From positions 6,448,001-6,512,000 of the forward strand of contig OZ024764.1 of the NCBI GenBank assembly GCA_964016885.1: a DNA stretch of 64,000 nucleotides, read 5' to 3'. The position numbers were made by a program, and so were the translations under genes. Shown here one piece after another: positions 1 through 13,859 of this stretch. Under the pieces are notes generated by a model. That model did no database searches. It was not told where the DNA came from and worked only from the letters and a program-made list of their open reading frames with translations. Positions within the stretch are counted from its first letter, which is position 1. Each line of letters opens with the position of its first letter. The stretch comes from Eledone cirrhosa. Its lineage: Eukaryota.

Positions 1-130
1 ATATATTTTAATGTGATATAGGTGGGGCCCAGTCAACTGTATATTTTAATGTGGTGTCGGTGGGGCCCAGTCAACTGTATAGTTTAATGTGATGTAGGGC
101 CCAGTCAACTGTATATTTTAATGTGATGTA
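1..130. repeat. ~38-bp minisatellite (atattttaatgtgatgtaggtggggcccagtcaactgt), ~3.5 copies, cut by window start
   Basis: Unit gggcccagtcaactgtat seen three times. Confidence 0.85.
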
Positions 131-269
131 TTTTTTTATTAAATATTATTTTCTGAGTATGTTTTCCTTTAAAATATCCATAATTACCCCCCTCTCCCTC
201 ACTCTCTCCCTCCCTCTCTCTCTTTCTCTCATTGTCTGTCTATATATCATCATCATCATCATTTCATTT

Positions 270-592
270 TACCCAATCTCGCGGTTAAACCACTGGGAGT
301 GAAGGACCCCTAGCCTTTCTCAGGGCCTTCTTCTGGGAGAAGGCAACTCAGGAAACTGGAATAACTCCCATATAAAACCTGCGACTCAGTAGTTACAGAT
401 GATGTTGATCTTTTCTTCTTTTCAGGTTATAGCTACTGTCTCTCAGAGAGTGGGATTGGCTCAGTGCACAGTCTTTCCTCACTTTAAAAAATATATCTTC
501 ACGCACAGACATTGCATGATAGAATTGATTGATAATTATTAATAATGGTATAACGTGCAATGGCCATACTCATTAACGAGGGGGCAGCCATC
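270..592 (+). mobile_element. Diverged copy of a non-coding interspersed repeat (RTE 5'UTR-like), sibling of 4470-4878 and 48693-49300
   Basis: Shared blocks in the same order: gacccc(t)tagccttt, ggagaagg(c/a)aactc, gagagtgggattggc, 3' end ggcagcca. Confidence 0.55.
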
Positions 593-624
<32 letters not shown>

Positions 625-676
625 CTATATATATATATAATATATAAGATCAAAAGATGGTTAAATGAGTTCCATG

Positions 677-747
677 TATTTTATTATGCACATTTCAAAA
701 ACAAATATCATCATGCAATAACATTTGCGTTTTCATCAGATAAAATA
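677..747 (-). ncRNA. Type-I hammerhead ribozyme motif, family A
   Basis: Reverse complement: tattttat-CTGATGA-stem II-GAAA-tgtgca-T-A-ataaaata; 8-bp stem I. Confidence 0.65.
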
Positions 748-860
748 GGAAGACATGATATGAAGGTTAAAAACACTTGTGGATAGTGCAGTTGATTTAA
801 AACTGTTGATTTAAAACTGCACTATCCACAAGTGTTTTTAACCTTCATATCATGTCTTCC

Positions 861-929
861 TATTTTATCTGATGAAAACACATGTTATTGCATGATGATA
901 TTTGTTTTTGAAATGCACATAATAAAATA
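861..929 (+). ncRNA. Type-I hammerhead ribozyme motif, family A (AUA cleavage triplet)
   Basis: tattttat(861-868) CTGATGA(869-875) aaaca...tgttttt GAAA(910-913) tgcaca T A(921) ataaaata(922-929). Confidence 0.7.
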
Positions 930-1052
930 CATGGAACTCTTTTAACCATCTTTTGATCTTATGTATTATGTATACTCCAATCCTACAAACTGTAGAGTGC
1001 TTCTTATCCGATATCTGCATTGCTTTATTGTACTACAATAAAACTCACCTCC

Positions 1053-1134
<82 letters not shown>

Positions 1135-1802
1135 GAGTACCTGTAGGAGTGACATGTGTGTAATCATAACCTGAGGCTTAAGATACACCTATTGTCAACT
1201 GTCATCTCATACACCCCCACCCCACCCCCCCCCCGCTCAGGTCCCACCTCTCTTTCTCACTCTCTCTCTCTCTCCATCTTTATCTAATCATCACCTAAAG
1301 CTGACATCCACTCATAATGTCTTCCTCTCCTTTTCTCTCTCTCTCTCTCCCACCATCTCCCTCTTGCTATATATACAACACCACCACCACCAACAACAAC
1401 AACACCACCACCAACATCAATATCAACAACAACACCACCACCAACAACATCAACACTAACACCACCAACAACAACAAACAACAGCCACTGTCAACAACAT
1501 CAATAACAACACCACCACCAACATCAACACGAACACCACCAACACCAACACCAACATCAGTACCACTATCTCCATCACCACCGACACCAGCTGTTATGAC
1601 ATAACTCCACCTACTTGATGTGATTGCCTGTATCATCATCATCAACATCATCTTCCATGGGTTAGACATGCTGTGGCTGGATTGGTCAAGTGTCTAGGGT
1701 CGAAGTCAATTTGGTTTCTATAGCTATATACCCCTCCTAACACCACCCTACACTGTACTGGGAGTATGGTTTTTATGACTGGATGCCCTAAATTGCACTA
1801 TC

Positions 1803-2289
1803 TTCCATTACTCCTGGCAGCTGCCCCTTACTGAGGGTTGTATCGCCTGAGAGATGTTAAAGGTTCAAGCAGGTCTTCCTTGAGTTGGTTCCCATGGTAG
1901 ATAGAGATGGCTGTAGCTACTGGGAGTGTTATTGAGAGAGAGATAGAGGAAGAGGTAGATGACCGTCATAATCCATGATATATATCATTGTGACCTCAGT
2001 CAAACATTCCTGACAAAGTCCCTTCATTGCTCCTGGCAGCTGCCCCTTACTGAGGGTTGTATCGCCTGAGAGATGTTAAAGGTTCAAGCAGGTCTTCCTT
2101 GAGTTGGTTCCCATGGTAGATAGAGATGGCTGTAGTTACTGGGAGTGTTATTGAGAGAGAGATAGAGGAAGAGGTAGATGACCGTCATAATCCATGATAT
2201 ATATCATTGTGACCTCAGTCAAACATTCCTGACAAAGTCCCTTCATTGCTCCTGGCAGCTGCCCCTTACTGAGGGTTGTATCGTCTGAT
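1803..2289. repeat. 219-bp tandem duplication (~2.2 copies)
   Basis: ctcctggcagctgccccttactgaggg recurs at 1811, 2030 and 2249. Confidence 0.9.
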
Positions 2290-2419
2290 AGTTGATGTTC
2301 AACCAGGTCTTCCACGACTGTGTCTCCCATCAATTGGTTCCCACAATAGTATCTTGTGTATAACTTCCTGCTTACTTCTCCACCAATGTCCTCCAAATCG
2401 TAACTGTAGTTACTATGAG

Positions 2420-3565
<1,146 letters not shown>

Positions 3566-3817
3566 TAGAACGTGAGTAATATTGTAGAACAATAAAACTA
3601 TGCATATATCAGATAAGTAGCACTCAACAGTTGGTAGAACTGGAGTATATATTAAAGAAGAAATTAAAAGATGGTTAAAGAAGTTCCATATATTTTATTA
3701 TGCACATTTCGAAAACAACATCATCCTGGGACAAAAATTGTGTTCTCATCAGATAAAATAAGGTAACATGATATGAGTGAGCCCTAAAAACACTTGTCAA
3801 CAGGAAAGTGCAAAACC

Positions 3818-3820
<3 letters not shown>
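3566..3820 (-). mobile_element. Penelope-like pseudo-LTR module family A, second locus
   Basis: Homologous to 815-1056; flanked by TA/TATG repeats. Confidence 0.7.
3691..3760 (-). ncRNA. Type-I hammerhead ribozyme motif, family A, with canonical G10.1-C11.1
   Basis: RC: tattttat CTGATGA gaacac...gttttc GAAA tgtgca T A ataaaata. Confidence 0.75.
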
Positions 3821-3896
<76 letters not shown>

Positions 3897-3909
3897 CCTA
3901 TGCCTGTAT

Positions 3910-4100
3910 GTGGCTTTGTGTTTAAAATGTTTGGCTCACCTCAGATATTGAGGTTGTGAGTTCAATTCCCAGCGGCACATTGTGTCCTTAAGCAAGTTAT
4001 TTCACTTGCATTTCCCCCCAGACCTTTCAGCGTTGTCACATGCTGACTCTCCCTGTGAATTAAATTATAGATGCCCGTGAAGTTCTCAGCAACATACGTA
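3910..4100 (+). mobile_element. Old diverged tRNA-derived SINE fragment
   Basis: B-box-like gaggttgtgagttcaattccc followed by tgtgtccttaagcaag core. Confidence 0.55.
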
Positions 4101-4414
4101 CTACTTAATTATACATATATGTATCTATATACACATATATATATATATATATATACACACACAATAGAAGCACCCAGTACACTCTGTAAAGTGGTTTGTT
4201 TTAGGAAGGACATCCTGTAGAAAGCTGATCCAACAAAGGGTTAGGAAGACCCTTTAGTTTTGTGAGGGCCAGGCCACCCTCCCATATGTATGAGTATATA
4301 TATACATATGCATGTGTATGTGTGTATATATATATGTATGTATGTATGTACGTATGTGTATATGTATATATACATGTATGTATGTATGTATATATATGCA
4401 TGTGTATGTGTGTG

Positions 4415-4445
<31 letters not shown>

Positions 4446-4469
4446 GTACGTATGTGTATATGTATGTAG

Positions 4470-4878
4470 AGGGAGAGATGACCCCTTAGCCTTTGTCAAG
4501 GCAGAATTCTAGGAGAAGGAAAACTCTGATATAACACCTGCAACCCTGATGATATCCAATGATGTTGACTTGTTCTTCTTTTTGCTAAATATCATCTTAG
4601 TTAAGAGAGTGGGACTGGCTTTGTGCAGTGCCTTTGCTCACTATAAAAGCTTCACGGCACAGGCATTGCTTTATATCTGGAGAGCTCTCTGCACTTGTCA
4701 CATGGTACCATGGGCCTAGCACTATGTATCAATAATTGTCACAAGTGTAGTGTTTGTACCAGAGTTTTCAAGTCGCTGGCTGGACTAAAAAGTCACACTT
4801 GTTCAGGGCATCGGTAGGGGTTCTCCTACATGGATATAAAGTAGTGGCCGTACTCGAAAACGAGTTGGCAGCCACCAT
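4470..4878 (+). mobile_element. Non-coding interspersed repeat (RTE 5'UTR-like), close copy of 48895-49300
   Basis: Long near-identical match gagatgaccccttagcctttgtcaaggcagaattctaggagaaggaaaactctga...ggcagccacca. Confidence 0.75.
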
Positions 4879-4927
4879 GTATGTATATATACATGTATGT
4901 ATGTATATATATACATATGCATGTGTA

Positions 4928-4974
<47 letters not shown>

Positions 4975-5700
4975 TTGTATGTGTATATGTATGTATGTAT
5001 ATATACATGTATGTATGTATGTATATATATACATATGCATGTGTATGTGTGTGTGTATATATATATATATATGTATGTATGTACGTATGTGTATATGTAT
5101 GTATATATATACATATGCATGTGTATGTGTGTGTGTGTGTATATATATATATATGTATGTATGTATGTATGTACGTATGTGTATATGTATGTATGTATAT
5201 ATACATGTATGTATGTATATATATATACATATGCATGTGTATGTGTGTATATATATATGTATGTATGTACGTATGTGTATATGTATGTATATATATATGT
5301 ATATATATACATATGCATGTGTATGTGTGTGTGTATATATATATATATATGTATGTATGTACGTATGTGTATATGTATGTATATATATACATATGCATGT
5401 GTATGTGTGTGTGTGTATATATATATATATATGTATGTATGTATGTATGTACGTATGTGTATATGTATGTATATATACATGTATGTATGTATATATATAT
5501 ACATATGCATGTGTATGTGTGTGTATATATATATATATGTATGTATGTACGTGTATATGTATGTATATATATATGTATATATATACATATACATATGCAT
5601 GTGTATGTGTGTGTGTGTATATATATATATATGTATGTATGTACGTATGTGTATATGTATGTATATATACATGTATGTATATATATACACATGCATACAC
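4879..5700. repeat. Higher-order TA/TG/TATG microsatellite (recurrent acatatgcatgtgtatgtg unit)
   Basis: Direct reading. Confidence 0.9.
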
Positions 5701-5778
5701 TGTCATTCTCATAAAAACTGTTGTTTCGATTGAAAATATGTAATAAATTATAAAATCAACACAAATGTATATTTATGT

Positions 5779-5821
<43 letters not shown>

Positions 5822-5969
5822 TATGTATGTATCTATATATCTATATATATATATATATACACACGTATGTATGTATGTACATACATATATAACAAAAAAT
5901 TGTCCTCAGTCACATTCCTTTATAGTTGACTGACTTCATGTGAATGGTGGTTACTGTTGTAATAATTAG

Positions 5970-7855
5970 GGTGGTGGTGGGGTGGCGGTTGGGGTGGAGG
6001 GGTGGTGTTGATAGTCTTGGTGGTGGTGGAGGGGTGGTGCTGATAGTCTTGGTGGTGGTGATAGTGGTTGTGGAGGGGTGGTGTTGATAGTCTTGGTGGT
6101 GGTGATAGTGGTTGTGGAGGGGTGGTGTTGATAGTCTTGGTGGTGGTGATAGTGGTTGTAGAGGGGTGGTGCTGATAGTCTTGGTGGTGGGTGGTGGCAG
6201 TGGTGGAGGGGTGGTGTTGATAGTGTTGTTGGTGGTGGCGGTGGTGATAGTGATGGTGGAGGGGTGGTGTTGATAGTCTTGGTGGTGGTGGCGGTAGTGG
6301 TGTTGTTGGCAGTGGTGGAGGGGTGGTGTTGATAGTCTTGGTGGTGGTAGTGGTGGCAGTGGTGATAGTGGTTGTGGAGGGGTGGTGCTGATAGTCTTGG
6401 TGGTGGGTGGTGGCAGTGGTGGAGGGGTGGTGTTGATAGTGTTGTTGGTGGTGGCGGTGGTGATAGTGATGGTGGAGGGGTGGTGTTGATAGTCTTGGTG
6501 GTGGTGGTGGTGGTGGTGATGATGGTGGTGGTGGAAGGGTGGTGTTGATAGTCTTGGTGGTGGTAGCGGTGGTGATAGTGGTGGTGGAAGGGTGGTGTTG
6601 ATAGTCTTGGTGGTGGCGGTGGTGATAGTCTTGGTGGTGGTGGCGGTGGTGATAGTGATGGTGGAGGGGTGGTGTTGATAGTCTTGGTGGTGGTGGCGGT
6701 GGTGGAGGGGTGGTGTTGATAGTGTTGTTGGTGGTGGCGGTGGTGATAGTGATGGTGGAGGGGTGGTGTTGATAGTCTTGGTGGTGGTGGTGGTGATAGT
6801 GGTTGTGGAGGGGTGGTGTTGATAGTGTTGTTGGTGGTGGCGGTGGTGATAGTGATGGTGGAGGGGTGGTGTTGATAGTCTTGGTGGTGGCGGTGGTGAT
6901 AGTGGTGGTGGAGGGGTGGTGTTGATAGCCTTGGTGGTGGTGGCGGTGGTGATAGTGGTTGTGGAGGAGTGGTGCTGATGGTGGAGGGGTGGTGTTGATA
7001 GTCTTGGTGGTGGCGGTGGTGGAGGGGTGGTGTTGATAGTCTTGGTGGTGGTGGCGGTGGTGATAGTGGTGGTGGAGGGGTGGTGTTGATAGTCTTGGTG
7101 GTGGTGGCGGTGGTGATAGTGGTGGTGGAGGGGTGGTGTTGATAGTCTTGGTGGTGGTGGCGGTGGTGATAGTGGTGGTGGTGGTGGCGGTGGTGATAGT
7201 GGTGGTGGAGGGGTGGTGTTGATAGTCTTGGTGGTGGCGGTGGTGATAGTCTTGGTGGTGGTGGCGGTGGTGATAGTGGTGGTGGAGGGGTGGTGTTGAT
7301 AGTCTTGGTGGTGGCGGTGGTGATAGTCTTGGTGGTGGTGGCGGTGGTGATAGTGGTTGTGGAGGGGTGGTGTTGATAGTCTTGGTGGTGGTGGCGGTGG
7401 TGATAGTGGTGGTGGAGGGGTGGTGTTGATAGTCTTGGTGGTGGTGGCGGTGGTGATAGTGGTGGTGGAGGGGTGGTGTTGATAGTCTTGGTGGTGGTGG
7501 CGGTGGTGATAGTCTTGGTGGTGGTGGCGGTGGTGATAGTGGTGGTGGAGGGGTGGTGTTGATAGTCTTGGTGGTGGCGGTGGTGATAGTCTTGGTGGTG
7601 GTGGCGGTGGTGATAGTGGTGTTGGAGGGGTGGTGTTGATAGTCTTGGTGGTGGCGGTGGTGATAGTGGTGGTGGAGGGGTGGTGTTGATAGTCTTGGCG
7701 GTGGTGATAGTCTTGGTGGTGGTGGCGGTGGTGATAGTGGTTGTGGAGGGGTGGTGTTGATAGTCTTGGTGGTGGCGGTGGTGATAGTCTTGGTGGTGGT
7801 GGCGGTGGTGATAGTGGTTGTGGAGGGGTGGTGTTGATAGTCTTGGTGGTGGTGA
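5970..7855. repeat. GGT-based complex minisatellite (ggaggggtggtgttgatagtctt core)
   Basis: Core repeated dozens of times among (GGT)n. Confidence 0.9.
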
Positions 7856-7879
7856 CTGCAGTTATGGAACTGATTCACA

Positions 7880-8225
7880 TCAACAACAACCAGCACAACA
7901 ACAATACCACTCTCATCCCCACTGTCACCACCATCACTACCACCACCACCACTATCACCAGCACCACTACCACCATCACTACCACCACCACCACTGCCAC
8001 CATCACTACCACCACCATCACTACCACCATCACTACCACCACCACCACTATCACCACCACCATCATCATAATAACCACTGCCACCATCACTACCACCACC
8101 ACCACTACCACCACCACCACTACCACCACCACCACTACCACCACCACTATCACCACCACCATCATCATAATAACCACTGCCACCACCACTACCACCACCA
8201 CCACTATCACCATCGTCACCAATAA
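7880..8225. repeat. (ACC/ACT/ATC)n trinucleotide tract
   Basis: Direct reading. Confidence 0.9.
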
Positions 8226-8418
8226 CACTTCTTTCACTATATCAAACATCTGCAATGTATAATACACCCAGTACACTCTGTAAAGTTATTGGTGGTACAA
8301 AGGGTATCCTGCCATAGAGAACTTGCCCTGCATAAGGCTGAATCTTCAGGTGTGTCTATGTAGAAGCTGTGTCTGTGTGTGTACACATACACCCACTATC
8401 TTTGTTACTTTATACAAT

Positions 8419-9480
8419 ATCATCATCATCATCGTTTAAGGTCTATCTTCCACGCTAGCATGGGTTTAGACGGGAGTTGTCCCACTTGAGGCAAGATTGG
8501 TTGTCCTGCTCGCATAGGACTGTCTGGCGGGTTTTCTACGGCTAGATGCCCTTCCTAACACCAACCATGTTTACATACAGTGTGGACTGGGAGCCTTTTT
8601 ACCACGTCTCCTACACAACCACTTTACAGTGGGGACTGGGAGCCTTTTTACCACGTCTCCTACATGACCACTTTACAGTGGGGACTGGGAGCCTTTTTAC
8701 CGTGTCTCCTACATGACCACTTTACAGTGGGGACTGGGAGCCTTTTTACCGTGTCTCCTACATGACCACTTTACAGTGTGGACTGGGAGCCTTTTTACTG
8801 TGTCTCCTACATGACCACTTTACAGTGTGGACTGGGAGCCTTTTTACCACGTCTCCTACATGACCACTTTACAGTGGGGACTGGGAGCCTTTTTACCGTG
8901 TCTCCTACATGACCACTTTACAGTGTGGACTGGGAGCCTTTTTACTGTGTCTCCTACATGACCACTTTACAGTGTGGACTGGGAGCCTTTTTACCACGTC
9001 TCCTACATAACCACTTTACAGTGTGGACTGGGAGCCTTTTTACTGTGTCTCCTACATGACCACTTTACAGTGTGGACTGGGAGCCTTTTTACCATGTCTC
9101 CTACACAACCACTTTACAGTGTGGACTGGGTGCCTTTTTACCATGTCTCCTACATGACCACTTTACAGTGTGGACTGGGAGCCTTTTTACTGTGTCTCCT
9201 ACATGACCACTTTACAGTGTGGACTGGGAGCCTTTTTACTGTGTCTCCTACATGACCACTTTACAGTGTGGACTGGGAGCCTTTTTACCACGTCTCCTAC
9301 ATAACCACTTTACAGTGTGGACTGGGAGCCTTTTTACTATGTCTCCTACATGACCACTTTACAGTGGGGACTGGGAGCCTTTTTACCACGTCTCCTACAC
9401 AAACACTTTACAGTGTGGACTTTACAGAGAAAGGGTGGTGTTGGATGGAGTATGGGTAGTGGTGTGGGGTGTATATTTGG
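8419..9480 (-). mobile_element. RTE-type LINE 3'UTR copy with expanded internal 40-bp repeat
   Basis: (ATC)n tail and gcccttcctaacaccaacc motif; matches 27617-28005 and 49577-50043. Confidence 0.75.
8578..9428. repeat. 40-bp minisatellite (cagtgtggactgggagcctttttaccacgtctcctacatgaccacttta-like), ~21 copies
   Basis: Clear 40-bp period. Confidence 0.95.
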
Positions 9481-9664
9481 TATTATATATATATATATAT
9501 ATATTATACAGAAGACAGGCAATTGTGTATACATCCTCTTTTCATTATGTTCTATACCTACCTTATAGGTAATACTTTAAGTGCCTCACATCATGGAGTG
9601 CTTTTATCTGTTTACACCACAGTTGCTTGATTAATTGATCAACCGAAGTTCCTTTCATTGAATT

Positions 9665-9703
9665 GTATACATTTATACACACACATATATATACATACAT
9701 ATA

Positions 9704-9745
<42 letters not shown>

Positions 9746-9771
9746 CATATATATGTATATATATATATACA

Positions 9772-9806
<35 letters not shown>

Positions 9807-9811
9807 GTGTA

Positions 9812-9843
<32 letters not shown>

Positions 9844-9881
9844 CATACATACATACATATATATGTGTGTATATATGTATA

Positions 9882-9912
<31 letters not shown>

Positions 9913-9917
9913 GTATG

Positions 9918-9985
<68 letters not shown>

Positions 9986-10023
9986 CATATATGTATATAT
10001 ATGTATATATATGTATATATATG

Positions 10024-10097
<74 letters not shown>

Positions 10098-10154
10098 CAT
10101 ACATACATATATATGTTTGTATACATATATACAGACATGTATATAGAGCGATTA

Positions 10155-10194
<40 letters not shown>

Positions 10195-10631
10195 CCTCAC
10201 AGTTTGATTTCTGCTCTTGCCCATTTCATCTAAATGGCTTCTTGTCTTCACCGAGATAATTGCTGCGTTTGTCTATATATATATACACACACACTATATA
10301 TATATATATATATATAGTGTGTATATATAGATATAAACTGTCTAGTGTATATAGAAAGATGAGAGCAGATGTGTTTATTGCTTTGTTGGTTACAGATCAG
10401 TGGAGCTGTGTGTATATATATATATATATATATGTATGTATATATATATATATATATGTGCCTATGTCTCTATACATGTACGTACGTGTGTATATATATA
10501 TATATGTATGTGTGTATATATATATTTATGTGCCTATGTCTCTATACATGTACGTACGTGTGTATATATATATATATATGTATGTGTGTATATATATATA
10601 CATGTGCCTATGTCTCTATACATGTACGTAC

Positions 10632-10711
<80 letters not shown>

Positions 10712-10825
10712 ATATATATATATATGTGCCTATGTCTCTATACATGTACGTACGTGTGTATATATATATATGTATGTGTGTGTATATATATATATATGTG
10801 TCTATGTCTCTATACATGTACGTAC

Positions 10826-10873
<48 letters not shown>

Positions 10874-10913
10874 ATATATATATATGTGCCTATGTCTCTA
10901 TACATGTACGTAC

Positions 10914-10992
<79 letters not shown>

Positions 10993-10995
10993 TTA

Positions 10996-11029
<34 letters not shown>

Positions 11030-11079
11030 CAGTGTAGTTGTACTGTATATGTATGTATACACAAACACACACACACACA

Positions 11080-11136
<57 letters not shown>
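9665..11136. repeat. TA/TG microsatellites with higher-order gtgcctatgtctctatacatgtacgtacg unit, plus (TC)n and (GA)n
   Basis: Direct reading. Confidence 0.9.
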
Positions 11137-11138
<2 letters not shown>

Positions 11139-11224
11139 TTAATAGGCTAGTCATTGTTGTTCTGATTATTGTTGTTGATGTGTAAATTAACACCACACTC
11201 ACATACTGTATATATGTGTGTGTG

Positions 11225-11275
<51 letters not shown>

Positions 11276-11375
11276 ATGTATTATATATAGGTATATGTAT
11301 CTATCTATCTATCTATATATATATAGAGAGAGATAGATAGATACATATACCTATATATAATACATACACACACAT

Positions 11376-11738
11376 AAATACCACTTTGGAAGAAGAGTCA
11401 GGAGTGAGAGAGAGGTGATGTACCCCAGCAAGTTTTATGAAAGGTGGGTGAAAGTGGCGAGAATGGCCCGAGTGAATGGGCCTTCTCTCTATATCAGCCT
11501 GTAGGTTGAGGAAAAGGAGGAGGAGAGGAAAGAAGTACAAACTCTTCGTACTCCTGGAGTTGAGGGTTGCACATTTTTTCGGGGGGTACGTGTTACCCAC
11601 ATGAAATGTCTCCCCCTATTGGGGAAAATCGATTAACTTTTAAATTGCATTTGTGATAGTATTTTACACGTTTTTATTGTATGTAAACTTCCCCCTTTGT
11701 ATTTGTCCCCTTCTTTTGTGCTCCTGTGGCTAATAAAG

Positions 11739-11740
<2 letters not shown>
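11376..11740 (+). mobile_element. 5'-truncated Tx1/L1-clade-like LINE 3' end (ORF2 C-terminus + 3'UTR)
   Basis: 11376-11504 reads KYHFGRRVRSEREVMYPSKFYERWVKVARMARVNGPSLYISL*, resembling the Tx1/L1 ORF2 F..RW C-terminus; 3'UTR ends AATAAAG then (AC)n. Confidence 0.55.
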
Positions 11741-11824
<84 letters not shown>

Positions 11825-12129
11825 GTATATATGTATGTGTGTATGTACGCACGTGTGCGTTTGAACAATTTCCATTAAAATTGCATGTACACTTAAAATG
11901 ATAAATTAAGGGGGGGGGCACCTCAACCATCCAACCCATGCCAGCACGGAATGACATACGTTGAAACGATGGTGGTGGTGGTGGTGGTGGTGGTGACGAT
12001 GTCACCTAAGTGAAAGACTGTTGGAAAAAAAAAAGTCATCTCCTGCAAGGGGAGATCACTCTCATTGACTATTTGGTGGAAGTTCATTTTTTTTTTTCTT
12101 CTTGTCTGAAAATATCTTAATATATCTCA

Positions 12130-13230
12130 TCTAGCTTGTATCTTTATAAATCTTAGCATTTGTCCTTGTATTGAGTACTGTTGTCACATCTGGGGTCTCT
12201 GCTGTGTACCTTGAGAGTTTAGATAAGATCCAAAGAAGAATAACCAATATTAATGGTCATGACTTATTATGTCAGCTTCAATCCCCATCACACCAAATGT
12301 TGCCTCTCTTGGCCTTTTTTATATTTTCATGAGAATTGTTCTGAAGAGTTCACCTCTTTGTTGCTTCATATAACACTAACGGAGCACCAGCATGGCAGCT
12401 AGGCCTCATATAACCCTAACGGAGCACCAGCATGGCAGCTAGGCCTCATATAACCCTAACGGAGCACCAACATGGCAGCTAGACCTCATATAACCCTAAC
12501 GGAGCACCAGCATGGCAGCTAGGCCTCATATAACCCTAACAGAGCACCAACATGGCAGCTAGACCTCATATAACCCTAACGGAGCACCAACATGGCAGCT
12601 AGGCCTCATATAACCCTAACGGAGCACCAGCATGGCAGCTAGGTCTCATATAACCCTAACGGAACACCAGCATGGCAGCTAGGTCTCATATAACCCTAAC
12701 GGAGCACCAACATGGCAGCTAGACCTCATATAACCCTAACGGAGCACCAGCATGGCAGCTATGCCTCATATAACCCTAACGGAGCACCAGCATGGCAGCT
12801 AAACCTCATATAACCCTAACGGAGCACCAACATGGCAGCTAGGCCTCATATAACCCTAACAGAGCACCAACATGGCAGCTAGGCCTCATATAACCCTAAC
12901 GGAGCACCAACATGGCAGCTAGGCCTCATATAACCCTAACGGAGCACCAGCATGGCAGCTAGGCCTCATATAACCCTAACAGAGCACCAACATGGTAGCT
13001 AGGCCTCATACATTGAAGTTCCTATAATCACAAATTCTATTCTGACAGTTTCTTCCCTCACATATCTCACCTATGGAATTTACTTCCAGTTTCTTACTTT
13101 CTGAACCACTAACTACAATTTGCAAGGATTCCAAGGCTACATCAAACATCTTCTCTCCCCTTGAATTATTTTCTCTCTGTCTTGTACTGTTCCCTTTTCA
13201 GTAACCCCTTACATTTTAGTAGCTTTATTG
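12130..13230 (+). mobile_element. Decayed CR1/L2-group LINE ORF2 C-terminal fragment interrupted by a minisatellite
   Basis: Frameshifted peptides CIEYCCHIWG, LESLDKIQRR, NVASLGLFY, CSEEFTSLL, then FYSDSFFPHISHLWNLLP, YNLQGF. Confidence 0.75.
12364..13010. repeat. 40-bp minisatellite cctcatataaccctaacggagcaccagcatggcagctagg x16
   Basis: Exact 40-bp period from 12364 to 13004. Confidence 0.95.
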
Positions 13231-13528
13231 CCTTGCTTGGGACTATGTTCTCTCTGTCTTGTCCTTCTCCCTCCTCAATAACCCCTTACATTTTAGTAGC
13301 TTTATTGCCTTGCTTGGGACTATGTTCTCTCTGTCTTGTCCTTCTCCCTCCTCAGTAACCCCTTACATTTTAGTAGCTTTATTGCCTTGCTTGGGACTAT
13401 GTTCTCTCTGTCTTGTCCTTCTCCCTCCTCAGTAACCCCTTACATTTTAGTAGCTTTATTGCCTTGCTTGGGACTATGTTCTCTCTGTCTTGTCCTTCTC
13501 CCTCCTCAGTAACCCCTTACATTTTAGT
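13199..13528. repeat. 77-bp tandem repeat x~4.3 at the LINE 3' end
   Basis: cagtaaccccttacattttag at 13199, 13276, 13353, 13430, 13507. Confidence 0.95.
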
Positions 13529-13859
13529 GAATTTAAAATGCCCAGGACACACTGGTGACCCTAGGACTCCACCAAACAGTTAAGGGCCAGTGGATGGTTG
13601 CCAGATAGATCTTCAGCGTGGTGAATTAACCAATTCATTTTGATAGCACGTTTATAGTGAAGAGGAGGCATTCATGCTGCTGGAAGTGTTGAAGCTCGGT
13701 GTGGTGTGATGGCGGGGCGTGGGGATTGAGCAAGAAGCAGGCAAGCGCTGTGTTTGGCATGGTTCCTGTCAGATAACGAGAATCGTTGCAAAAATTAGCT
13801 CTCGATGAGAATATGTGACTTTTATAGAATTTTGGGTTTAAAAAAAATAGATTTTTTTT

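Larger units (their letters stand above)
644..1056 (+). mobile_element. Penelope-like pseudo-LTR module (family A) as fold-back: IR arms 644-793 / 815-962 plus unique 3' tail
   Basis: ~150-bp near-perfect inverted repeat flanked by (TA)n; homologous to 3566-3820; each arm carries a hammerhead motif. Confidence 0.7.

Noticed and set aside
12364-13010. CRISPR-like appearance of regular arrays; TAACCCTAAC telomere-like motif in the unit
   Set aside because: No unique spacers or cas genes, eukaryotic context; the motif occurs once per LINE-derived unit, not as a (TTAGGG)n run.
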